DNA of 64,000 nt, taken from Gammaproteobacteria bacterium (GTDB taxonomy: Bacteria > Pseudomonadota > Gammaproteobacteria > Steroidobacterales > Rariloculaceae). The position numbers and the translations under genes were made by a program. Below the pieces are notes generated by a model, which searched no databases, was not told the origin of the DNA, and was given only the letters and a program-made list of their open reading frames with translations. The stretch's first letter is position 1, and each line of letters starts with the position of its first letter. Below, piece by piece: positions 45,635 through 53,879 of the stretch. The DNA lies in the NCBI GenBank assembly GCA_036555065.1, contig DATBLZ010000081.1, positions 9,504-73,503 of the forward strand. Direction: 5' to 3'.

Positions 45635-45911
45635 GCGTGTAGAGATCCTCTCGTCGCCAGCCGCGGTCCGCGGGCGGTTTATCCGGAATGACCATGCCCT
45701 TCTCGCGCTCACGCTGACGAGCCCTCGATTGATCGAACAGCCGCAGCCGTTCCTCGAGACTCAGCGACGAGCGCGTTTGCTGGCGCGGAGGAACCACGCG
45801 GATGCTGTCGCCCGCGGGCACGAACTCGACCTCGTCGCCGGGGGCGATGCCGTATTGCTCGGCAATCCGCTTGGGGATCGTGACCTGGAGCTTGCTCGTG
45901 ACTTTCGCCAT
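45618..45911 (-). CDS. vapB: AbrB/SpoVT-type antitoxin (VapB-like)
   Basis: MAKVTSKLQVTIPKRIAEQYGIAPGDEVEFV is a classic SpoVT-AbrB looped-hinge-helix N-terminus. 97 aa. Confidence 0.8.
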   Translation of the reverse strand: MAKVTSKLQVTIPKRIAEQYGIAPGDEVEFVPAGDSIRVVPPRQQTRSSLSLEERLRLFDQSRARQREREKGMVIPDKPPADRGWRREDLYTRGKPR

Positions 45912-45922
45912 TTCCTTACTTT

Positions 45923-45943
45923 AGCAAGGACGGCGTCCTTGCT
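45923..45943. promoter_or_regulatory. Perfect inverted repeat, probable operator of the vapBC promoter
   Basis: AGCAAGGAC-GGC-GTCCTTGCT lies 12 bp upstream (on the - strand) of the antitoxin start. Confidence 0.4.
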
Positions 45944-46028
45944 CAACGGCGGCCGTCTTCTCGAAGGTTGACGGCGTTCTCGGGCAGCCGTAGCGTTCCT
46001 CTGCCTGGCGTCGTAGGCAGGAGGTCTC

Positions 46029-47021
46029 ATGGGCTCGGTATTCCGCCATCTCCCCGCCGCCGCAGCGTTGCTCGTCGTCACTCTCGTGTGGACGGAGACG
46101 GCGGCGGCTCAATCGGCACTGGCGGACTCGCTCGGCTTGGCCGATTCATCGGGAGCCGCCACACCCGACCTCGAGGGCTATTGGACCAACGACACCTACA
46201 CGCCGCTCGAGCGTCCAACCGAGCTCGCGGACAAAGAATTCTTCACTGCAGAAGAAGCCGCCGCATTCGTGCAATCGCGCATCGATCGGCTGAACGCGCA
46301 GCCCGCGGACGACATCCATTATGACGATGCGATCTGGCAGGCAGAGAGGTACGGCAAGGTCGCGAGCCTGCGCACGTCGCTGATCAGCGAGCCGCGCGAC
46401 GGCAAGCTGCCGCCGCTCACGGCCGAGGGACAAGCGCGGTATGCGCAGCAGCTCGCGACACAACGCGCGAGCGCGGGGTCCGAGAGCGCGCAACGGCGCT
46501 CACTCGCCGAGCGCTGCATCTCGTGGGGCAACGTCGGCCCGCCGATGATGCCGCCGACCTATGGCGCCAACTTGCAATTCGTCCAGACGCCGGAGCTCGT
46601 GACCATCGTCCACGAAATGATGCACGACGTGCGCCTGATCCATTTGGACGGCCGTGCGCATCCGCCGCCCGATGTCCAATGGCTCGCGGGTCATTCGATT
46701 GGCCGTTGGGAAGGCCAGACGCTCGTCGTCGACACGACCAATTTCACGCCGTGGACCAACTTCCGCGGCTCACCGCAGCACACGCGCCAGGACATTTTCG
46801 CGACCGAGCACATGCACGTCGTCGAGCGCTTCACGCTCACGGATGCCGACACGATTCACTACGCGTTCACGGTCGAGGACCCCGCAACATGGACGACGCA
46901 GTGGTCGGGCGAGATGGAGATCCGGCGCGTCGATGGACCGATCTACGAATATGCGTGCCACGAAGGCAATTACGGTCTCGCCAACATCTTGGCCGGAGCG
47001 CGCGCGGCCGAGCGCCAGTAA
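46029..47021 (+). CDS. Exported protein of unknown function
   Basis: AGGAGG SD and signal peptide ...VWTETAAAQ. 330 aa with a conserved-looking C-terminus YEYACHEGNYGLANIL. No domain recognised. Confidence 0.6.
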   Translation: MGSVFRHLPAAAALLVVTLVWTETAAAQSALADSLGLADSSGAATPDLEGYWTNDTYTPLERPTELADKEFFTAEEAAAFVQSRIDRLNAQPADDIHYDDAIWQAERYGKVASLRTSLISEPRDGKLPPLTAEGQARYAQQLATQRASAGSESAQRRSLAERCISWGNVGPPMMPPTYGANLQFVQTPELVTIVHEMMHDVRLIHLDGRAHPPPDVQWLAGHSIGRWEGQTLVVDTTNFTPWTNFRGSPQHTRQDIFATEHMHVVERFTLTDADTIHYAFTVEDPATWTTQWSGEMEIRRVDGPIYEYACHEGNYGLANILAGARAAERQ

Positions 47022-47051
47022 ACGCCCGCGACTTCGCGCCATCGCGTTCGT

Positions 47052-48467
47052 GTGCCTCGAAAATCAACGGTTCAGCGCGCGATAACCGCCGGGCTGCTGG
47101 CCGCACTTCTACTCATGCCGTTGGCAGCGGCCGCGCAGGCCGGCCGCACCTACGTGCGGCGCATCGAGTTCGAGGGCGTAACGAGCATCCAAGACGAGGT
47201 TCTGCGGCGCGAGATGCTCGTGCTCGAAGGCACGTATCTCGACGTCGTCGCGCTCGAGCAGTCGCTGCGGCGCCTCGAGCGTCTCCCTTACGTCGACTCC
47301 GCGCGCGTCGCATTGCGCCCCGTGTCTTCCGCTGAGCCCGATCTCGTCGACCTCGTCGTTACGATCACCGAGGCGCCTGCGCGCCGCTACGGCGGTGGCG
47401 CCGGGTATGCCGAGTCTCTCGGGGTCAGCGTGCAAGGCTATTTCACGCACGAGAACCTGTTCGGCACCGGTCAGCGCTTCTCGGCCGAAGTGGATATGAG
47501 CGAGCACCGCCAGTTCGCAAGCGTCTCGCACACCGACCCGTATGCGCGCCCCGACGGCGTGAGTCGTCACGTGGCGCTCACGACGCGGCGAATCGAGCAG
47601 CTCGCCGAGGACACCTCGGAGCTCGACGCGGATATCTCTACCGCGCGGCTCGAGTACGGCTATCGGTCCGGCCTGTGGCAGCACGTGACGTTGGGGCTCG
47701 AGCTTGCGGATACGACGCTTGCTCCCGGCGCGCTCGCGAGCGACCAGCTGCTCGCCTGGATCGCGGCAAACGGCGACACGCGCGCCGGCAGCCCCGCGAC
47801 GCAATTTACGGAGCTCGATTTCTTGCTGCGCTGGCGTTACGACAGCCGCGACCGCACGCTCCGGCCCGCGCGCGGAACCGAGCACGCCTTGAGCCTAACG
47901 GCTGCGCTGCCCGGCAGTGAGGTCGAGTATTACTTGCTCGATTACGAGCTCGCGCACTATCGGCCGATCGGTGAGCGTTGGACGGCGGCGCTGCGCGCGC
48001 AACTTGCGTTCGGCGCGGCCTATGGGGGCGAGACATCGTCGTTGCCGCCCTACCTGAATCGTTTCGCGGGCGGCCCTGGCACGGTGCGCGGCGTGCGCGG
48101 GGCAGGTCTCGGCCCGCGCGACACCTTGGGAAACCCGTACGGCGGCAATCTTCTGACGGCGGCACAAGTCGAGGTTCTCACACCGTGGCCCGGTCGCGCG
48201 GGCGAGCGCCTGCGCGTCGGCTTTTTCTACGATCTCGGCAACGTGTTCGAAACTGAGGGCGTTGCGTTCACCGACACGGCCGGCCAGCGGTTCGACTACA
48301 GCTTCGACGGCTCCGACTTTCAGCACTCCGCCGGCATCGCGGCCGAGGTGGTGATCCCGCTCGGCATCGTGCGCTTGAGCTACGGGATCCCCATCGAGCG
48401 GGACACGACGCCGTTCGGCCAAGTCCAGGAGGACCGGTTCCAGATCGCCGTTGGCGTCGATTTCTAG
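47052..48467 (+). CDS. Omp85/BamA-family outer-membrane beta-barrel with a single POTRA domain
   Basis: GTG start and signal peptide. One POTRA (VRRIEFEGVTSIQDEVLRREM...VVTITEAP), then a surface-antigen barrel with the loop-6 motif GGPGTVRGV and a terminal aromatic residue (VGVDF). Confidence 0.75.
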   Translation: MPRKSTVQRAITAGLLAALLLMPLAAAAQAGRTYVRRIEFEGVTSIQDEVLRREMLVLEGTYLDVVALEQSLRRLERLPYVDSARVALRPVSSAEPDLVDLVVTITEAPARRYGGGAGYAESLGVSVQGYFTHENLFGTGQRFSAEVDMSEHRQFASVSHTDPYARPDGVSRHVALTTRRIEQLAEDTSELDADISTARLEYGYRSGLWQHVTLGLELADTTLAPGALASDQLLAWIAANGDTRAGSPATQFTELDFLLRWRYDSRDRTLRPARGTEHALSLTAALPGSEVEYYLLDYELAHYRPIGERWTAALRAQLAFGAAYGGETSSLPPYLNRFAGGPGTVRGVRGAGLGPRDTLGNPYGGNLLTAAQVEVLTPWPGRAGERLRVGFFYDLGNVFETEGVAFTDTAGQRFDYSFDGSDFQHSAGIAAEVVIPLGIVRLSYGIPIERDTTPFGQVQEDRFQIAVGVDF

Positions 48468-48541
48468 AGGGTCGAGTTATCCACAGAGATCCCTCCGCAG
48501 AGGGGTTCATCGACCTACAACGAGCTTGACATCGCGCCGAT

Positions 48542-48898
48542 ATGGCCTACATTGCGGGACATATGCCCACGGTCCCGAGTCTCGGGGAATTCGAGCAAAT
48601 CGTGCTTTTGGCCGTTCTGCGTTTGCAGGACTCGGCCTACGGCGTCTCGATCCGCCGCGAGATCGCGAAACGGACGGGCCGCGATCCCTCGGCGGGCGCA
48701 CTTTATACGACGCTCGATCGCATGGAGCACAAAGGGCTTGTGAAGTCCCGCATGGGAGACCCGACGCCGGAGCGCGGTGGACGCGCAAAGCGCTATTACG
48801 TCGTCACCGGCTCCGGAAGGGTCGCGATCGCGCGCGCGCAACGCGCGTACCGGCGCATGCTCGAAGGCCTCGAAATTCCCGGGGGCGCACGTGTCTAG
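48542..48898 (+). CDS. PadR-family transcriptional regulator
   Basis: wHTH signature LGEFEQIVLLAVLRLQDSAYGVSIRREI...LYTTLDRMEHKGLV. The alternative ATG at 48563 is equally plausible; a TTGACA-16-TACATT promoter-like pair at 48526-48553 would favour it. Confidence 0.8.
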   Translation: MAYIAGHMPTVPSLGEFEQIVLLAVLRLQDSAYGVSIRREIAKRTGRDPSAGALYTTLDRMEHKGLVKSRMGDPTPERGGRAKRYYVVTGSGRVAIARAQRAYRRMLEGLEIPGGARV

Positions 48899-49502
48899 AG
48901 AATCTGCAGCCGAAGCCCTACTGAGCCTCTTCGCGACGCGGGATCTCGCGACCTCGATCGTGGGCGATCAGACAGAAGAATCTCGCGGCCACGTTTGGTT
49001 CTGGACGCAGATTCTCGGCGCAGCGCTCGCGCTGTGCTTCAAGAGCATCATCGCGGCGCCCGTACGATCGCTATGGTTTGCCCTCGTGGGACTCCTAATC
49101 TATGCAGCGATTTACGCAGCGCTCATGACAGTGAGCGGGTTGTGGTGGTACCCGTGGAATCGAGCCGGCGATCTCGACTTCTGGATCCGCGTCGTGCTCG
49201 TTGCCACGTTTACGAACTTCGCGACGGGGGCCGTCATCGGGCGATGGGTATCGAGCGCCGGGGCGCCCGGCCTCGCTCCGATCACCATGTTGTGGCTGGC
49301 TGCGTGGGCCCTCTGGCCGCTACGTTTGTTCGTGTATACGCCGTGGCATCTTGGAGCCGTGCTCGCGTTCTCATACTTGTTCCTATTTCCCGTCTTCGCC
49401 TTGGCCCCTCTGCTTGTAGGAGGCTCACTGGGGCAGCGAGTCATAATCCGAACACGCGCTCCGCATTCGTCTGATAGAGGACCTTCTTCTCGACGTCGCT
49501 GA
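48891..49502 (+). CDS. Integral membrane protein coupled to the PadR regulator
   Basis: The GTG at 48891 overlaps the PadR stop. About 5 hydrophobic helices. This is the typical PadR-plus-membrane-partner arrangement. The C-terminal tail overlaps the convergent gene by 62 bp. Confidence 0.55.
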   Translation: MSRESAAEALLSLFATRDLATSIVGDQTEESRGHVWFWTQILGAALALCFKSIIAAPVRSLWFALVGLLIYAAIYAALMTVSGLWWYPWNRAGDLDFWIRVVLVATFTNFATGAVIGRWVSSAGAPGLAPITMLWLAAWALWPLRLFVYTPWHLGAVLAFSYLFLFPVFALAPLLVGGSLGQRVIIRTRAPHSSDRGPSSRRR

Positions 49503-50484
49503 TCGGCAAATTGTCGGTAACGGTGACCTCCTCCGGCACGAACTGATACGGATAGTCCATTGCATAGAGCACGCGGTCGGCGCCGAGCACGGAGCGTGCA
49601 TACATGATGACCGGCGCCCACGCCATGCCACTCGTCGTGACGTAGAAGCTCTCCTTCATATAGTCGCTCGGACGCTTCTTGAGCGGCTTGAAGTTCGGAT
49701 ATCGCTTCGTCTCGACGATTCCACGATGAAAGAAGTCGACGCGGAAAAGCCAATAAGGGATCCCCTCGCCGAGATGACCGACGACGATGCGCAGCTTCGG
49801 GAACCGATCGAACACGCCGCTGACGATGAGCCGGAGCATGTGCAACCCCGTATCGACGGCGAAGCCGTAGATCGCGCCATCGAGGCCTGACTCCAGAAAC
49901 GGTCTGATCATCGCGGGCGGCGGCGCTTGCGGATGAATGTAGACGGGCACGCCGAGCGCTTCGGCGGCGGCAAAGATGTCCCAGAACTTCTCGTCATCGA
50001 GATACTCGCCGTGCGTGTGCGAGTTAACGATCGCGCCCTTGAGGCCGAGTTTCTGGACCGCACGCTCGAGCTCCTTGGCCGCCGCGCGGGGATTCTGCGG
50101 CGCGATCGCGGCGAGCCCCGCGAAGCGATCGGGGTGCGCGCGCACGGCAGCCGCGAGCTCGTCGTTGTAATCGGGCGCGAGAGCGACGGCCGTAGCGGCA
50201 TCGAATATCTGGAGACCCGGAGCGGTGATCGAAAGGATTTGCTTCGCGATGCCGGTCGCGTCCATGTCGGCGAGCCGGCGCGCGCCTAAGTCCTGCAAGC
50301 GCTCGACGATCGCATTGGTGCGTGGACTGTTATTGAGCAGGAAATAGCCCATGAGGCTGTCGAAACCCGGATCGCCGCTCGGGCCGCTCGCGAGCAGGCG
50401 CTTGTAGCGCCCGATGAGGTCGCGCGGCGCATAGGCTTCCTCGGTCGCAATCCGCAGGAAAGCGTTCTTCTTCGCGGAGCTCAT
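49441..50484 (-). CDS. Amidohydrolase_2 (ACMSD/LigW/gamma-resorcylate decarboxylase-type) metal-dependent hydrolase/decarboxylase
   Basis: N-terminal RIATEEAY (the A/IxEEH/A motif of this subfamily), NSHTHGEY, VVGHLGEGIPYW and AMDYPY. Confidence 0.75.
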   Translation of the reverse strand: MSSAKKNAFLRIATEEAYAPRDLIGRYKRLLASGPSGDPGFDSLMGYFLLNNSPRTNAIVERLQDLGARRLADMDATGIAKQILSITAPGLQIFDAATAVALAPDYNDELAAAVRAHPDRFAGLAAIAPQNPRAAAKELERAVQKLGLKGAIVNSHTHGEYLDDEKFWDIFAAAEALGVPVYIHPQAPPPAMIRPFLESGLDGAIYGFAVDTGLHMLRLIVSGVFDRFPKLRIVVGHLGEGIPYWLFRVDFFHRGIVETKRYPNFKPLKKRPSDYMKESFYVTTSGMAWAPVIMYARSVLGADRVLYAMDYPYQFVPEEVTVTDNLPISDVEKKVLYQTNAERVFGL

Positions 50485-50559
50485 CGCAGGTATTGTAGAC
50501 TCGCACGCCTAAACGACAACGCGCGTCCAATCGCGGCCAAAGAGACGGAGGTTTCACGC

Positions 50560-51462
50560 GTGGCAACAGACTACGGCTTCATCGGCGTCGGCCGCATGGG
50601 CAACCCCATGGCGCGGCGATTGCTCGCGGCAGGCTTCACGCTCACGGTTTTCGATACTTCACGCAAAGCCGTCGACGAGCTCGTCGCAGCGGGTGCTACG
50701 GCCGCGCGCTCCGTGCCCGAGGCGTGCTCTGCGACGGAGACCGTCTTCTTGAGCCTGCCGACGCCCGACATCGTCAAGGCAATTTGTCTCGATGCCGGCG
50801 GCGTGACCGAAGGCTCGACGGTAAAGCACGTCTTCGACTGCTCGACGACGGGACCACAGGTCGCGCGTATTTGCGCGGCCGGGCTCGCGAAGAAGAGCAT
50901 CGATTATCTAGACTCCCCGATCAGCGGCGGCATCAAAGGCGCGCGCGACGGCACGCTCGCCGTCATGGTCTCGGGCAAGAAGAGCGTCTACGAGCGCGTG
51001 CAAAAGGCGCTCGCGTGCTTCGGCAAGGTCTTCTACGTCGGCGCGGACGCGGGCCAAGGCCAAGTCATGAAGCTCGCGAACAATTTGCTGTCCGCTTCCG
51101 CAATCGTGCTGTCGTCGGAGGCCATCGCGATGGGCGTCAAGGCCGGGCTCGATCCCGCGCAGATGTGCGACATCATCAACGCCGGTAGCGGGCGCAACAG
51201 CGCTACGCAAGACAAATTCCCGCGCTCCGTCCTCACGCGAACGTTCGATTTCGGCTTCGCGACCGGACTCCTATATAAGGACGTGCGCTTGTGCATCCAG
51301 GAAGCCCAAAGCCTCGGCGTGCCGATGATCGCAGGCGCCGCCGTGCTCGAGATGCTCGGCATCACGAAGGCGCGTTTCGGCGCGGACTCGGATTTCACCG
51401 AGATCGCGCGCGTCCTCGAGGAGTGGGCCGGCGTCGAGATAAAACCGAAAGCGCGAGCATAG
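50560..51462 (+). CDS. NAD(P)-dependent 3-hydroxyisobutyrate/6-phosphogluconate dehydrogenase-family oxidoreductase
   Basis: GTG start. YGFIGVGRMGNPMARRL dinucleotide motif, then ...GQVMKLANNLL. Confidence 0.8.
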   Translation: MATDYGFIGVGRMGNPMARRLLAAGFTLTVFDTSRKAVDELVAAGATAARSVPEACSATETVFLSLPTPDIVKAICLDAGGVTEGSTVKHVFDCSTTGPQVARICAAGLAKKSIDYLDSPISGGIKGARDGTLAVMVSGKKSVYERVQKALACFGKVFYVGADAGQGQVMKLANNLLSASAIVLSSEAIAMGVKAGLDPAQMCDIINAGSGRNSATQDKFPRSVLTRTFDFGFATGLLYKDVRLCIQEAQSLGVPMIAGAAVLEMLGITKARFGADSDFTEIARVLEEWAGVEIKPKARA

Positions 51463-51465
51463 CGA

Positions 51466-52926
51466 GTGGCCGCGGCCTCGGATCGCACAGCCGCGCCGTC
51501 GACGCTCGCCGAGCGCATCGCCGGCGATCTCCACGCGTTCGACGAATCGCGCTTGACGCCGGCGCTCATCGACAAGGCGAAGCTCTGCGTGCTCGATTTT
51601 CTCGCGTGTGCGCTCGAGGCGCGCGACCGCCCGTGGAGCGTGCAAGCGATCGCGGCCGCCTCCGGTGGGAGCGGCTTGAGCCGCGACAGCGCGGGCTCCG
51701 CGGCGGCTCCGCAGAGACTAGCCACGATCCTCGGCACCCCTTACGTCGTCGGCAGCGCAGACGCGGCCTTCGCAAACGCCGTGCTCGGCCACGGACTCGT
51801 GCGCGACGACATGCATCTCGGCAGCGTCAGCCACTTGGGCTGCGTCGTGCTTCCGGCGCTTTTGGCGCGCGCCGAATCCGAGCGCGTGAGCGGCCGGCAC
51901 CTGCTCACCGCGATCGTCGTCGGCTACGAGGCCGGCGGCAAGCTCGGCCGCGCCGTGCTCGACGTCGAGGTCGCGCGAATTTTCCGACCCACGGGCATCA
52001 CGGGTCCGTTCGCCGCGGCCGCGGGTGTGGCGAAGCTCCTCGGGCTCGACGCACCGCGCTTCGCCGTCGCGCTCGAGCTCGCGGCGAACCTGGCCGCAGG
52101 TTACAACGAGTGGGCGACGACGGGCGGCAGCGAAATGTTCTTCCATCCCGGGTTCGCGGCACGAAACGCGCTCATGGCCGTCGACCTCGCGGCCGCCGGG
52201 GCTTATGCGTCGCCGACGGCGCTCGAGGGCAACGCGGGGCTGCTCGCGGCGTTCGGCAAGCGCGAGTCACCAAACAGTCGCGACTGGCAGCCGCTCCCAC
52301 AAGAAGCCGCACCAGGCGCTATGCCCTTCTCCGGCCGCGCGGAGATTCTCGAAGCGTTCTTCAAGGAAGTGCCGGCGTGCAACTTCGCGCAGACCGCGGC
52401 GCAGGCTGCGCGCGAGATCGCGACTCGCGACGCGCCGCCCGCCGAAAGCATGACACGCGTCGGCGTGCGTGTACCCTACGCCGCGGCGAGGTATCCGGGC
52501 TGCGATTACGCGGGCCCGTTCACGCAAGTGCTGCAAGCGAAGATGAGCATCCACTACAACGTCGCCGCGGCGCTCTGCACGGGCAACTTCGACGAGCGCA
52601 ACTACGAACCCGCACGCCAGCCCGAGATCGCCCGCGTGGCGAGGCTCGTCTCTCTCGAGGTCGACGACGCCTTGACGCGCGCGTTCCCGGCCAAGCAAGG
52701 CGCCGCGGTCGACGTCGAGCTCAACGACGGCCGGCGACTTTCGGCGCGACGCGAGTCCGTGACGCCCGCGAGCGACGAGCTCGTGCGCGCGCGTTTCGCG
52801 CTCGCCGCCAACGAGGTGCTCGGGATACAGGCGTGCCGAGCCGCGCTCGCCTTCATCGATGGGCTCGAGGCGGAGGCCGACGCCGGCGCGCTCGCGCGGC
52901 TCGTGCGTGTCGCGAAACCCAAATGA
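51466..52926 (+). CDS. MmgE/PrpD-family protein (2-methylcitrate dehydratase-like)
   Basis: GTG start 4 nt after the previous stop. PrpD-type N-terminal region (KLCVLDFLACALEA...AAFANAVLGHGLVRDDMH). Contains two REP-like copies in frame. Confidence 0.7.
   Translation: MAAASDRTAAPSTLAERIAGDLHAFDESRLTPALIDKAKLCVLDFLACALEARDRPWSVQAIAAASGGSGLSRDSAGSAAAPQRLATILGTPYVVGSADAAFANAVLGHGLVRDDMHLGSVSHLGCVVLPALLARAESERVSGRHLLTAIVVGYEAGGKLGRAVLDVEVARIFRPTGITGPFAAAAGVAKLLGLDAPRFAVALELAANLAAGYNEWATTGGSEMFFHPGFAARNALMAVDLAAAGAYASPTALEGNAGLLAAFGKRESPNSRDWQPLPQEAAPGAMPFSGRAEILEAFFKEVPACNFAQTAAQAAREIATRDAPPAESMTRVGVRVPYAAARYPGCDYAGPFTQVLQAKMSIHYNVAAALCTGNFDERNYEPARQPEIARVARLVSLEVDDALTRAFPAKQGAAVDVELNDGRRLSARRESVTPASDELVRARFALAANEVLGIQACRAALAFIDGLEAEADAGALARLVRVAKPK
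51664..51687 (+). repeat. REP-like element copy inside the PrpD-like CDS
   Basis: GGTGGGAGCGGCTTGAGCCGCGAC is translated as SGGSGLSRD within a Gly/Ser/Ala-rich stretch that looks like an insertion. Confidence 0.6.
52277..52303 (-). repeat. Diverged REP-like element copy (inverted) inside the PrpD-like CDS
   Basis: GTCGCGACTGGCAGCCGCTCCCACAAG is the reverse complement of CTTGTGGGAGCGGCTGCCAGTCGCGAC. The head and tail match the family; the loop has diverged. Confidence 0.45.
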
Positions 52927-53879
52927 CGGCTGCGCAGCACGTCGAAAACGTTCTGCAGTTCCTGGTCGCGGGCCTGCTCACGGGCGCGATCTACGGGCTC
53001 ATGTGCGTGGGCCTTTCGATCATTTTCGGCGTGATGCGCGTCATCAACTTCGCCCAAGGCGAATTCATGATGATCGGAATGTACTTTGCGTATTTCGTGT
53101 TCGGCGCGAGCGGACAGCCGCTCTTCGGCGACGTGCTCGGCCCGTACGTTGCGGCGTTGCTCGCGGGGCCGGCCGTCTTCGGGGTGGGTGTCGCGGTCCA
53201 CAGGCTGCTCGTCGGCCGCGTCACGGGCTTCCGCTCGACCACGCTCGAGGCCGAAGGCCACTACGCACAGTTGATCCTCACGCTCGGCATCTCATTGCTC
53301 CTCGCGAACGGCGCGCTCGTCGTCTTCGGCGCCGCGCCGTTGTCGATCACAACCCCGTTGGCATCGACGCCGTGGGTCGTCGGGCCGCTCCACGGTGAAG
53401 ACATCCTGCTGTTCGTCAATCAAGGACAAACCGTTGCTGCAGCGATCGCGGTGGCCGTCGTCGGCGCATTCGCTATCTTAATGGCGCGCTCGCGGCTCGG
53501 CCGCGCGCTGCGCGCGGCCGCGGACAATCCCAACGCAGCAGTCTATATGGGTATCGACGTCGATCGCGCGTACCGCATTGCGTTCGGCTTGGGCTGCGCA
53601 GTGACGGCGATCGGCGGCGGGTTGCTCGCCTCGAGCTATCCGGTTCAGCCGACGATCGGCATCGATTACGTCATCGTGATGTACGCGGGCGTCGTGCTCG
53701 GCGGGCTCGGCAGCCTTCGCGGCGCGTTCTTGGGCGGCCTCACGATCGGCCTCGTGCAGCAGCTCTCGGCGTTGGTTTTGCCGAACCAGCTCCAGAACAC
53801 GGCGATATTCGTCTGTTTCCTCCTCGTCGTGCTGCTGAGGCCCCAAGGGTTGTTCGGCATCGCCGCGCGTCGCGCCTGA
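52923..53879 (+). CDS. livH: Branched-chain amino acid-type ABC transporter permease (LivH family)
   Basis: The ATG at 52923 overlaps the PrpD stop (ATGA). INFAQGEFMMIGMY motif, about 8 TM helices. The upstream part of track ORF 51291..53879 is a shadow of the PrpD gene. Confidence 0.85.
   Translation: MTAAQHVENVLQFLVAGLLTGAIYGLMCVGLSIIFGVMRVINFAQGEFMMIGMYFAYFVFGASGQPLFGDVLGPYVAALLAGPAVFGVGVAVHRLLVGRVTGFRSTTLEAEGHYAQLILTLGISLLLANGALVVFGAAPLSITTPLASTPWVVGPLHGEDILLFVNQGQTVAAAIAVAVVGAFAILMARSRLGRALRAAADNPNAAVYMGIDVDRAYRIAFGLGCAVTAIGGGLLASSYPVQPTIGIDYVIVMYAGVVLGGLGSLRGAFLGGLTIGLVQQLSALVLPNQLQNTAIFVCFLLVVLLRPQGLFGIAARRA

Noticed and set aside
48526-48553. TTGACA-16 bp-TACATT sigma-70-like promoter for the PadR gene, implying a near-leaderless start at 48563.
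   Set aside because: It is plausible, but it conflicts with the longer ORF start at 48542 and cannot be resolved without a mapped TSS. I mention it under the PadR feature rather than calling it.
51291-53879. 862-aa ORF suggesting a giant fusion protein upstream of the LivH-type permease.
   Set aside because: Only the last ~318 codons (from the ATG at 52923) look like a permease. The upstream part is an out-of-frame shadow of the PrpD-like gene with Arg-rich nonsense translation.
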